From: Candidatus Thalassarchaeum betae
GTDB taxonomy: Archaea; Thermoplasmatota; Poseidoniia; Poseidoniales; Thalassarchaeaceae
Direction of reading: 5' to 3'
NCBI GenBank assembly: GCA_003193925.1
Contig: PSPG01000004.1
Coordinates: 64,001-128,000, forward strand
DNA: 64,000 nt
This document shows positions 9,588 through 17,596 of this stretch, in pieces. Every line of letters starts with the position of its first letter. Position 1 is the first letter of the stretch. The position numbers and the translations under genes were made by a program. Below the pieces are notes generated by a model. That model did not search any database. It was not told the origin of the DNA and was given only the letters and a program-made list of their open reading frames with translations.

Positions 9588-10009
9588 TGATGAACGATAT
9601 CACCATCGATCACGTCGGTATTGCCACCAGCTCTCTGAGCAAGGCCTCTGGATTCTGGGAGATGCTGGGGTTCATCCGTAGCGGAGACCAACTAAATGAA
9701 AATCAAGGCGTTAGGATTCGGATGTTCGACTCGCCGCGAATTGACGCGAATAATACCAGCATAGAGCTGCTCGAGCCCATTGGTCCGGACTCGCCGATAG
9801 GGAGGTTCATCGCAAACAGGGGAGAGGGTATTCAGCAACTAGCGGTGCGAGTTCCTGACATCCGTGCGATGATTTCCAAACTCTCCGACTCGGGTGTGAG
9901 AATGATTAACGAGGAGCCTGTTCCAGGTGCTTCTGGATCAATAATCGCCTTCGTGCACCCATCTTCCACCGGGGGTGTACTCGTAGAACTCGTCGAACGC
10001 CCTGATTGA
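9584..10009 (+). CDS. mce: Methylmalonyl-CoA epimerase (VOC fold)
   Basis: IDHVGIA, IELLEP, GEGIQQLA, FVHPSSTGGVLVELVE; overlaps the mutase stop. Confidence 0.93.
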   Translation: MMMNDITIDHVGIATSSLSKASGFWEMLGFIRSGDQLNENQGVRIRMFDSPRIDANNTSIELLEPIGPDSPIGRFIANRGEGIQQLAVRVPDIRAMISKLSDSGVRMINEEPVPGASGSIIAFVHPSSTGGVLVELVERPD

Positions 10010-10043
10010 CAAGCATCAAAAAGGGGACTGATTTCGGCGTGTC

Positions 10044-10346
10044 ATGCAAAGTTCACTCGAACGCCTCAATCAGGATGGGATTCTGACTTCCAAAGCGGTT
10101 TCACAAGAGGTCCGGTTCCTGTCTGAGACACTGGAGACTCTACTGGACTCGGGTGAGATTTCCACTGATGCCTATCTCGACGCGGGTACCATTCAGGGGG
10201 GGCTGTCAGTCTTGGCAAACTTGATTGCTCAGGGCGTATCCGCTGAAGAAGCTCGTATCCAACTCCAACAACTGAGAGTCAGGGCCGAGAACATCAACTC
10301 GAATTACCCTGAACTCGATGGCAAGATCGAGGGAATTCGTCATTAG
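10044..10346 (+). CDS. Hypothetical helical protein (100 aa)
   Basis: ATG ORF filling the gap on the same strand as its neighbours. Confidence 0.7.
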   Translation: MQSSLERLNQDGILTSKAVSQEVRFLSETLETLLDSGEISTDAYLDAGTIQGGLSVLANLIAQGVSAEEARIQLQQLRVRAENINSNYPELDGKIEGIRH

Positions 10347-10377
10347 TATTACCCCAGTAATACTTAGCGAATACTTA
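10345..10377. promoter_or_regulatory. Candidate operator/promoter of the RHH-folE-que operon
   Basis: Perfect palindrome AGTATTAC-CCCA-GTAATACT (10345-10364); AATACTTA repeated at 10359 and 10370; 27-60 nt upstream of the RHH gene. Confidence 0.6.
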
Positions 10378-10403
10378 TCAATAACGTCACCGGCCGCATA
10401 TGC

Positions 10404-10586
10404 GTGCCTAAGGTCAGTTTTGACATACCCAACGAATTGCTCGAAGACCTGCGCCTCCACGTCGGCGATGACAAGAAGTTCGTGTCGCTGGCCGACGCAG
10501 TTAGAACCGCTTGCAGGAAGCTCCTCGATCAACTGGATGCGATCGATGAGATGCATGGCAGAATTCGGAGGAAATCTGATGAGTGA
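10404..10586 (+). CDS. Ribbon-helix-helix (CopG/Arc/MetJ-like) transcription regulator
   Basis: MPKVSFDIP beta strand followed by NELLEDL and SLADAVRTACRKLL helices; overlaps folE start. Confidence 0.85.
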   Translation: MPKVSFDIPNELLEDLRLHVGDDKKFVSLADAVRTACRKLLDQLDAIDEMHGRIRRKSDE

Positions 10587-11166
10587 TGCTCCAAGCAGGG
10601 AACAGGCCGTTTCGGCCGTTGACACCCTGGTCAGGTACATCGAGTCTGCAAACGGTGAACTGAGGGAAGGGCTTGCTAGTACCCCGGAGAGAGTCATCGA
10701 GTCGTTCGATGAAATCTACTCGGGTTATTCTGGCGATGCCAAATCGATACTCGATGCCACATTCAACTCCGAGGGCTATGATGGAATCGTCCTACTGAGG
10801 GACATCGAGTTCCATTCGGTTTGCGAACACCACCTGCTACCATTCACAGGCAAGGCCCACATAGCCTACATCCCAACAGACAGGATTGTCGGAATCAGTA
10901 AACTTGCACGGCTGCTCGACTTGCATTCCAGCAAGTTGCAGAATCAGGAAAGGCTGACCAAGGGCATCGCGGATGACATCGAGTCGATACTGGCCCCCCT
11001 TGGATGCGCGGTGATACTCGAGGCTACCCATAATTGCATGCAATGCAGGGGAGTCTCTAAGCAGAATGCTGTGATGATTACCAGCGCGATCCGCGGTGCA
11101 TTCTTTGACAAGCAAGAGGCTCGAGGTGAACTGCTGCAACTCATCAACATCCAGTCGGACAAGTGA
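10579..11166 (+). CDS. folE: GTP cyclohydrolase I (FolE, type IA)
   Basis: TPERV, SVCEHHLLPF, GISKLAR, LQNQERLT, HNCMQCRG. Confidence 0.96.
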   Translation: MSDAPSREQAVSAVDTLVRYIESANGELREGLASTPERVIESFDEIYSGYSGDAKSILDATFNSEGYDGIVLLRDIEFHSVCEHHLLPFTGKAHIAYIPTDRIVGISKLARLLDLHSSKLQNQERLTKGIADDIESILAPLGCAVILEATHNCMQCRGVSKQNAVMITSAIRGAFFDKQEARGELLQLINIQSDK

Positions 11167-11170
11167 TTCG

Positions 11171-11800
11171 ATGGTACTACTGCCCACCGGTTCTGACCTC
11201 GAACAGGTCTTCCCGATAGTGGAGATCTTTCACAGCATACAGGGAGAGGGTCACAACACCGGGATGTCCTCGGTGTTCATCCGATTCGGTAGGTGCAACC
11301 TCAGGTGCCCTTGGTGCGATACCGAGTTCGACGAGTGGGAGGACATGACGCTGGGCCAGATCATCAACGAGATCAGCAAGTTCGATTGCGACAGGATCAT
11401 CCTGACCGGAGGCGAGCCGGCTCTGCAGGATCTACCAACCCTGTGCGGAGCCCTGGGGGGCATTGGCTACTACATCAGCATCGAGACAAACGGGACTGTC
11501 GCGCTGCCCAGCGGCATCATCGACTGGATATGCGTCAGCCCGAAGGACCAGGAATACCCGGATGTGGCCATCAGGCAGAGGACCGGGAACGAGTTGAAGG
11601 TCGTTAACCTCGGTCAAGACCTGTCTATGTACGACGACCTCAAAGGAGGCTTCGACCACCTATATCTGCAGCCCTGCTATGACGAGGGGCAAAGTGTGGA
11701 GTGGAACGGGCTCAACTTCCACGATACTTTCGAGCAGGTACGATCGAGGCCCGAGTGGAGGCTCTCGCTCCAGTCTCACAAATGGATGTGCGTGGAATGA
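11171..11800 (+). CDS. queE: 7-carboxy-7-deazaguanine synthase (radical SAM)
   Basis: EIFHSIQGEG, CNLRCPWCD, LTGGEP, IETNG, SPK, WRLSLQSHK. Confidence 0.96.
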   Translation: MVLLPTGSDLEQVFPIVEIFHSIQGEGHNTGMSSVFIRFGRCNLRCPWCDTEFDEWEDMTLGQIINEISKFDCDRIILTGGEPALQDLPTLCGALGGIGYYISIETNGTVALPSGIIDWICVSPKDQEYPDVAIRQRTGNELKVVNLGQDLSMYDDLKGGFDHLYLQPCYDEGQSVEWNGLNFHDTFEQVRSRPEWRLSLQSHKWMCVE

Positions 11801-12579
11801 GCAGGGTGGTAATGGCGTTCAGCGGAGGCATGGACTCGACAGCTCTTCTACTGAGGATGCTGGCAAGAAGGAGTGAAGTCACCTGCATCTCGTACGACTA
11901 CGGGCAGAAGCACATATTGGAGTTGCAGAGGGCGGCTGCGAACATCGAATACCTACAATCCAAGGGTTACGAGGTCGAGCACCACGTTGCTGACCTATCC
12001 AGCGCCATGGCGCTGTTCGACTCGGCCCTCACTGACTCTCAAATCTCCGTGCCTGAAGGCCATTACGAGGAAGAGCAGATGAAGCAGACCGTGGTGCCCA
12101 ACAGAAATGCCATCTTCTCCTCGATCCTCTACGGCTACGCGCTCTCTGTCTCATCGAAGGAGGACGTGGATGTCTCCGTGGCTCTAGGGGTGCACTCCGG
12201 GGACCACGCAATCTACCCTGACTGCAGGCCGGAGTTCTACGATGCCCTGATGCAGGCTTTCAAGGCTGGAAACTGGGACTCTCATAGAGTGACGATGGAT
12301 CTGCCATATGTGGATGGGGACAAGGAGAGTATCCTCAGAGATGCGATGGTTTCGTGCGATAGTCTCGGAGTTGACTTCGACACCGTCTTCCGGAACACCA
12401 ACACCTCTTACAGCCCGGATCAATTGGGGCGCAGCTCGGGCAGAACTGGGGCCGATGTGGAGAGGATACTGGCATTCCATGCCATAGGCCGCAAAGACCC
12501 CGTCGAATATGTAGTGGACTGGAGTACGGTGCTTGAGCGCGCGCTAGCCATAGAGAAGGAATACGAGGCGGCAATATGA
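11797..12579 (+). CDS. queC: 7-cyano-7-deazaguanine (preQ0) synthase, variant lacking C-terminal Cys
   Basis: FSGGMDS PP-loop, YGQKH, TVVPNRN, YPDCRPEF; ATGA overlap with queE. Confidence 0.95.
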   Translation: MSRVVMAFSGGMDSTALLLRMLARRSEVTCISYDYGQKHILELQRAAANIEYLQSKGYEVEHHVADLSSAMALFDSALTDSQISVPEGHYEEEQMKQTVVPNRNAIFSSILYGYALSVSSKEDVDVSVALGVHSGDHAIYPDCRPEFYDALMQAFKAGNWDSHRVTMDLPYVDGDKESILRDAMVSCDSLGVDFDTVFRNTNTSYSPDQLGRSSGRTGADVERILAFHAIGRKDPVEYVVDWSTVLERALAIEKEYEAAI

Positions 12580-12995
12580 CGGGCTCCCGACCGAGATTCA
12601 ACCACGACAGAGATCCTGTCTGGAGGTCTGACCTCACACAACTCCAGTACCACGTTACCAGGGAGGCAGGCACTGAGATGCCGAACTCGGGCATTTACAA
12701 CATGGAGGAGAGGGACGGTTCCTACTACTGCATCTGCTGCGGACACATACTCTTCACTGCGGAGATGAAATACCACTCGGGGTGCGGCTGGCCCGCCTTC
12801 CACACCGAGCACGCTGACGCTGGCATACGCAGGATCGAGGACAATAGCCAGGGTAGGAAGCGGACAGAGGTCAGGTGCAGTTCATGCGACGCCCACCTCG
12901 GTCACGTGTTTAATGACGGGCCCAATCAGTTCGGCGGCGAGAGGTACTGCATCAACTCGGCCAGTATGGACTTCGTAGCGGAGGGAGGCGCATGA
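12576..12995 (+). CDS. msrB: Peptide-methionine (R)-S-oxide reductase
   Basis: GTE, CICCG, SGCGWPAF, CSSCDAHLGHVF, RYCINS. Confidence 0.96.
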   Translation: MTGSRPRFNHDRDPVWRSDLTQLQYHVTREAGTEMPNSGIYNMEERDGSYYCICCGHILFTAEMKYHSGCGWPAFHTEHADAGIRRIEDNSQGRKRTEVRCSSCDAHLGHVFNDGPNQFGGERYCINSASMDFVAEGGA

Positions 12996-13441
12996 GTACA
13001 TCAATCCGGAGGTGGGTAGAGACAGACACCGGCCACAGGGTTCCCAACCACAGGAGCAAGTGCCGGAACCTGCACGGCCACAGGTACAGATGGGAGGCAG
13101 AGCTCGAAGGGGAAGTGGTGACCCGGGAAGGCGTTTCCGAAGAGGGAATGCTGATCGACTTCGGAGACGTCTCGGAGATACTGGAGGAGCAGATCCACGA
13201 TGTCGTCGATCACGCATTCATCGTCTATGAGGGTGATGCCGAGGCCATGCAGGCGTTGTCAGTCATGGGCGATGACCACAAGACTCTGGTAGTGCCGTTC
13301 GTCCCTACGGCCGAGAACCTCGCCAAGTGGGCATTCTCAGTAGTCGAGTCGCACATCACAACTGCCTATGGCAATGATTTGAGGCTGGTAGCCTTCCACG
13401 TCAGGGAGACTCCCAAGTCCTGTGCCAGTTGGCGTCTCTAA
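12992..13441 (+). CDS. queD: 6-carboxy-5,6,7,8-tetrahydropterin synthase
   Basis: GHRV...KCRNLHGHRY, GMLIDF, DH, PTAENLA, VRETP. Confidence 0.95.
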   Translation: MSTSIRRWVETDTGHRVPNHRSKCRNLHGHRYRWEAELEGEVVTREGVSEEGMLIDFGDVSEILEEQIHDVVDHAFIVYEGDAEAMQALSVMGDDHKTLVVPFVPTAENLAKWAFSVVESHITTAYGNDLRLVAFHVRETPKSCASWRL

Positions 13442-13458
13442 TTCGCCAAACTCAGTCC

Positions 13459-14208
13459 TTAGGGACTGTTCTGCTCGAAGGCAACGGTAGCAGCCGAGAT
13501 GACCCCGAGGATCCTGTGGGCCTCGTCATCTGAAGGCAGGCCACGTAACATCACCCTAGACAGTGTCTCCTCGATGCCCTGGCGCCTGTGATCCCGGGTC
13601 GGCATGGTTCTGGCCAACTTGGAAATCTCCTCCTTCAGCCGCATACGCAGTTCGGGGCTCAGCAACGTGTGATCGGCTGGCTCTGAATCTGGGGCCTTGT
13701 ACCACTCATAGCAGAGAATTGCTACTGCATGGCTGAGATTGAGTATCGGGTACCCCTCCCACGTAGGCACTGACACCAGTAGATCGCAGATGTTCAGCTC
13801 CTCGTTCAACAGGCCCTTGCCCTCGGGGCCGAACACCAGGGCAATCCTAGAATCCGTATCCTTCACTCTGGAAGCAAGGTCTTCAGGATTCAAGAAGTGC
13901 CGGAAGGCCGTCTTGTCTCCGGATTCTCTCTTACCAGATGTCCCGACTACCAGTGAGCAGTCACTGGAGGCGTCCCCTATGGCATCGAACGAGGTTGCAC
14001 CATCGAGGACCCATTGTGCGTGCTTCGCACGATTCCGGGTTTCCTCGGACCACTCAATGCCTCCGCCCACAACCCTGAGATCTGAGATTCCGAAGTTCGC
14101 CATAACTCTCGCTACCGCGCCGATGTTGCCGTCGTTCTCCGGCCTCACCAATACTACGCAGACGCGTTGGGATATACTTGGCAGGGGGGCTTCCTGATGA
14201 TCTCCCAC
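13459..14208 (-). CDS. trmJ: SPOUT RNA methyltransferase, TrmJ/LasT family
   Basis: VLVRPENDGNIGAVARVMANFG, VFGPEGKGL, LNLSHAV. Confidence 0.88.
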   Translation of the reverse strand: MGDHQEAPLPSISQRVCVVLVRPENDGNIGAVARVMANFGISDLRVVGGGIEWSEETRNRAKHAQWVLDGATSFDAIGDASSDCSLVVGTSGKRESGDKTAFRHFLNPEDLASRVKDTDSRIALVFGPEGKGLLNEELNICDLLVSVPTWEGYPILNLSHAVAILCYEWYKAPDSEPADHTLLSPELRMRLKEEISKLARTMPTRDHRRQGIEETLSRVMLRGLPSDDEAHRILGVISAATVAFEQNSP

Positions 14209-14245
14209 GACTGTCGCAGGCAGTCATCTCACAAGAGCATGGCAG

Positions 14246-14458
14246 TCAGTCTGTCCGACGCTGCGTGTAGGTGGTGATGTAGCCTGCAATCCAGTTCCTC
14301 ATCCTCTTGTTCTTCAGATTTCCTTCCTCGTCAGCGAGGTCAGTGAATTGTTCGACCAACTTCTTGTTCGTATCGAAGTCATCAGTGAACATATCTGGAT
14401 AGATTTCTACGAGCCGTAGGGCCCTAATTTTGATGAAGGAAGGACGTATGTTACCCAT
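14246..14458 (-). CDS. rps17e: 30S ribosomal protein S17e
   Basis: [10 protein letters not shown]...FTDDFDTNK...RNWIAGYIT. Confidence 0.96.
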   Translation of the reverse strand: MGNIRPSFIKIRALRLVEIYPDMFTDDFDTNKKLVEQFTDLADEEGNLKNKRMRNWIAGYITTYTQRRTD

Positions 14459-14459
14459 T

Positions 14460-14723
14460 TCAGGCCTCCAGTAACTTTACTTCAATCGGGAATCCCTCTT
14501 CACGCGTGCAGACTACCTTGATTTTACGCGGCGGATGTTGCATGCCACGGGCCCAGATAGCGTGATTGATCGCCTCGTCGATCCACAGGTCCTCGTCATC
14601 ACTCATCTTCATATGCCGGGCTACGTGCTTGCGTATCTCGGCCATGGCTCTGTTAGCCCTCCGAGTGCGAGGGACGGTCCATGCAGCACGCAATGGGATG
14701 GTCATCTCCTTCACCTCAGCCAT
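14460..14723 (-). CDS. rpl31e: 50S ribosomal protein L31e
   Basis: TIPLR...RANRAM...INHAIWARG...PPRKIKV. Confidence 0.96.
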   Translation of the reverse strand: MAEVKEMTIPLRAAWTVPRTRRANRAMAEIRKHVARHMKMSDDEDLWIDEAINHAIWARGMQHPPRKIKVVCTREEGFPIEVKLLEA

Positions 14724-14727
14724 GCAA

Positions 14728-14883
14728 TCACCTCTGCAGTTTGGAACGGCGCCACATGTGACGCTTGGGGTGAGTATTCACTCTGCGGTTGGTGCGTAGC
14801 ATCACCCAGACCGGGACACGGCGGTTCTGCTTAGTGACCTTGAGAAGTCTCTGCTTCTTTGCGAACGGTTTGTTACTAGACAT
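14728..14883 (-). CDS. rpl39e: 50S ribosomal protein L39e (51 aa; not in ORF track)
   Basis: Hand translation [51 protein letters not shown]; position upstream of L31e. Confidence 0.96.
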   Translation of the reverse strand: MSSNKPFAKKQRLLKVTKQNRRVPVWVMLRTNRRVNTHPKRHMWRRSKLQR

Positions 14884-14892
14884 GCAATCACC

Positions 14893-15363
14893 TCAATATC
14901 CCGAGAGACCGGGATACCTCTCCTCGGCAGCATCACGGACTGAGTGAGCCATCTCGTCAAGCAGTGCCTGTCCAGATGGAGTCAGTACGCGTCCCAAGTT
15001 CACCGTACCTGCCAGATTGTACTTGCTTGAAATCAAGCCGCATTGGGAAAGCTGCCGTAGAATGGTCCTAGCGATGTTTCGAGAACCGGAGACAGCACGA
15101 TTCTGCTTGACACCCCGATCCTTCGACCCGCCGAACTGCTGTGCCATGTGATTGGCACCGATAGGCCCCATCAAAGCGACCTTTCTCAGGACCGCAGCGG
15201 AACGAACGTACCACCAGTCCTGCTGAACAGGGGGCCTCTCACGATGCGCTCCGGTCTTGGCGTAATCCGCCCAATCCGGTGGCGAGATGGTGTCCAGTGA
15301 CTGCAGCCGGCCGGCAAGTCCGTGAATGAGCAAATCGGCAGGAACGTCGTGCAACGTGGTCAT
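14893..15363 (-). CDS. rps19e: 30S ribosomal protein S19e
   Basis: MTTLHDVPA, KTGAHRERPP, WWYVRSAAVLRK. Confidence 0.97.
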   Translation of the reverse strand: MTTLHDVPADLLIHGLAGRLQSLDTISPPDWADYAKTGAHRERPPVQQDWWYVRSAAVLRKVALMGPIGANHMAQQFGGSKDRGVKQNRAVSGSRNIARTILRQLSQCGLISSKYNLAGTVNLGRVLTPSGQALLDEMAHSVRDAAEERYPGLSGY

Positions 15364-15498
15364 GCGGTCACCAATACGGGCCGGTCGTCCTAGAGACCAT
15401 ATTTAATCGTGGTGACAGCATTATTGCCACTATGTGGCAGGATCGAGTACAAGGGGGTTGCTACAAGAATTGAAAACTCCGTGGCCACTCGAGCGGTC

Positions 15499-16311
15499 AT
15501 GAGAAAGTCCTTGTCCCGGAATCCCAACATGATGAGGACCATGATTGGAATCGGTCTGGTGCTGATACTCGTATTGTCGTATGCCGTCTACTCCAACACC
15601 CTGGACTCGGAATACTACGGGTACACCACTACTAATGAGGAGGTTGAGTTGGACATGCAGGAGACCGAGGAAGGGAGTGCTGAGTGGTACTCAACAACCA
15701 TATCCGCAATCACTTGGATCAATGTCTCAGTATCTGGGGCTCCTGAGGGCTCGTCCATCCAAGTTGAGGCATTTGGAACGGAATGGTACTATTCACCACT
15801 ATTGGGCTCTCCCGGGGCTGAGAACTTTAACTGCAGGCATTCATTATCCGCAGACAGCGGACAAGTGTCAGAGTCATGCGAACTCGCGGTACTTCACGAG
15901 AAGATCTCGGAAGGTGGCGAGGACAGGATGTTGGGACTAGTACTGAACGAACTACCCATAGGCGGCCTTGGATACCTGCATAGCGACGATTCCACCTCGG
16001 CAGAGGTGCAGGCCCGGGAGTTGATAGAGAGGAGCGAGGTCATCGTCACGTGGAGAGTGAAGGTGCTTGAGGATGGAGAGCCTGTCGCTTCGGAAGGAGT
16101 CGAATTGAGTGTCAGCGTCGTGACTCACGAATTGGTTTCAGTCCACGAGTTCAAGCTAGACCCTGTTCAAGAATCGGTGTACAGTCTCGCTACATTGGTG
16201 GGTTGTTTCTCCCTGCTCCTCATCATCCCACTCACGGTTTACTTCTCAGTAGTATACAAGACCAAGAAAGACGAGCGCGTAAGGCTGGAGACGCCCGAAG
16301 TCAAAGGCTGA
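15499..16311 (+). CDS. Hypothetical membrane protein (N- and C-terminal TM, acidic extracellular domain)
   Basis: Hydrophobic stretches IGIGLVLILVLSYAVY and LATLVGCFSLLLIIPLTVYF; start uncertain. Confidence 0.75.
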   Translation: MRKSLSRNPNMMRTMIGIGLVLILVLSYAVYSNTLDSEYYGYTTTNEEVELDMQETEEGSAEWYSTTISAITWINVSVSGAPEGSSIQVEAFGTEWYYSPLLGSPGAENFNCRHSLSADSGQVSESCELAVLHEKISEGGEDRMLGLVLNELPIGGLGYLHSDDSTSAEVQARELIERSEVIVTWRVKVLEDGEPVASEGVELSVSVVTHELVSVHEFKLDPVQESVYSLATLVGCFSLLLIIPLTVYFSVVYKTKKDERVRLETPEVKG

Positions 16312-16776
16312 TCACTCTTCTTCGGGATCCAACTCTAGTTTCTCATTCGGTGGCTCCAGAACTCCTGTCGGATCGAATCTAGCGGAGACGTTCCACTCAT
16401 TGGATAGGGGGGACTGTCTGATGACAGCCAGTCCCAAGGAGTAGAATTTGGCTATCGAAGCACGGACCCTCTCCTCGACGGGTGCTATCCTCTCATGGAA
16501 AGTCGAATCCATCAGACTGCAGATCGTGGAGAAATCGTTGCTCCCATCCATCAACTCCCAAAGCATTGAGTTCATGTCATCCAACGGCCTCCTGAGCTCC
16601 TTCGGCCCCCTGAGAATACTGGCCAAAATAGCTTCGAGGCCACTGAGTGTCTTGGGATGTCTGATAACGATCTGCTTACCGGTCACCCCCTTCACATCAG
16701 GGTGTGGACCGACTACCCCACGCCGTCCCCACCACACCGGGACTCGTGTGGGAAAAACGTCGCCGGAGAAACGCAT
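16312..16776 (-). CDS. PqqD-family (RRE-like winged-helix) protein
   Basis: LDDMNSMLWELMDGSNDFSTIC...FHERIAPVEERV...GL pattern; ATG overlaps the upstream TAA. Confidence 0.75.
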   Translation of the reverse strand: MRFSGDVFPTRVPVWWGRRGVVGPHPDVKGVTGKQIVIRHPKTLSGLEAILASILRGPKELRRPLDDMNSMLWELMDGSNDFSTICSLMDSTFHERIAPVEERVRASIAKFYSLGLAVIRQSPLSNEWNVSARFDPTGVLEPPNEKLELDPEEE

Positions 16777-16943
16777 TAGAAGAACACCCAGAATACTAGT
16801 GTCACCATAGAGCATACGCCGACGAACGCGGCCAACTTGGTCAAATCGGCCCTATCAGTGAAATTGCTCAGGTACCAGGTGGACAATCCCGCTATGGCAC
16901 AGACCAGCAGCAATAGCTCACTGCCTGCTGGCAATGTCTCCAA
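16776..16943 (-). CDS. 55-aa two-TM micro-protein (not in ORF track)
   Basis: TTG start; METLPAGSELLLLVCAIAGLSTWYLSNFTDRADLTKLAAFVGVCSMVTLVFWVFF; fills the gap exactly with TAATG coupling. Confidence 0.7.
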   Translation of the reverse strand: METLPAGSELLLLVCAIAGLSTWYLSNFTDRADLTKLAAFVGVCSMVTLVFWVFF

Positions 16944-16952
16944 CTGGATCCC

Positions 16953-17504
16953 TCAACGATTGCCTCGAAGGTACTCAGCAGTCTTGACGACGGAGGCAAC
17001 GAGGTCGCGGACCCTCTGATCCAACTTCTCGTCCATCAGATTTCCGTCATCGTCGAAGGCACTCTTCACGTTTCCCACCGCCACCTGCTCTGGAACAGCC
17101 CAGCCATGAATCCACCTGACTGCAATGCGCATATGATTCAGGGTGTTGGAGTTAGACTGTCCGCCCAGCGTGCTCATCAGTCCGAAAGCCTTGTCTGTGG
17201 TCTGATCGAAAGAGAGGAAGTCCAAATGGTTCTTCATCACCCCACTCATGGTACCGTGATACTCCGGACTGGAGAGGATGAAAGCGTCCGAGGAGGATGC
17301 TAGTCCCGTATATTCCTCGACAACAGGATGCGACCAGCAGCCATCCTCGCCGAGGAAGGGGAGCGTGTTCAAGGAATTGTCCCATAGTACGGTCTCAGCG
17401 CCTAGCTCCTCACAGTACCCCAACGCGATCTCCAACATGCGGCCATTGGCCGTATCGGGGCTATAGGTCCCGCATATCCCCATCACTCGTACAGGCTCCG
17501 CCAT
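16953..17504 (-). CDS. NADPH-dependent FMN reductase
   Basis: VMGICG, SPEYHGTMSGVMKNHLD, GG..S..LNHMR flavodoxin-like motifs. Confidence 0.9.
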   Translation of the reverse strand: MAEPVRVMGICGTYSPDTANGRMLEIALGYCEELGAETVLWDNSLNTLPFLGEDGCWSHPVVEEYTGLASSSDAFILSSPEYHGTMSGVMKNHLDFLSFDQTTDKAFGLMSTLGGQSNSNTLNHMRIAVRWIHGWAVPEQVAVGNVKSAFDDDGNLMDEKLDQRVRDLVASVVKTAEYLRGNR

Positions 17505-17596
17505 GCTTACACGAAGGCGTGATTCGCCTTCAATACAGAGGTATAGCATCGGTCAAGTTCGGCGAATGCTTAACTTATGTGCACTAAGGCGATGGC

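Noticed and set aside
10318-10578. Long N-terminal extension of FolE
   Set aside because: Overlaps the RHH gene in another frame; FolE similarity begins after ATG 10579
10318-13441. dpd-type DNA-modification or viral 7-deazaguanine island
   Set aside because: No dpdA/TGT-like gene, nuclease, helicase or viral genes nearby; flanks are housekeeping
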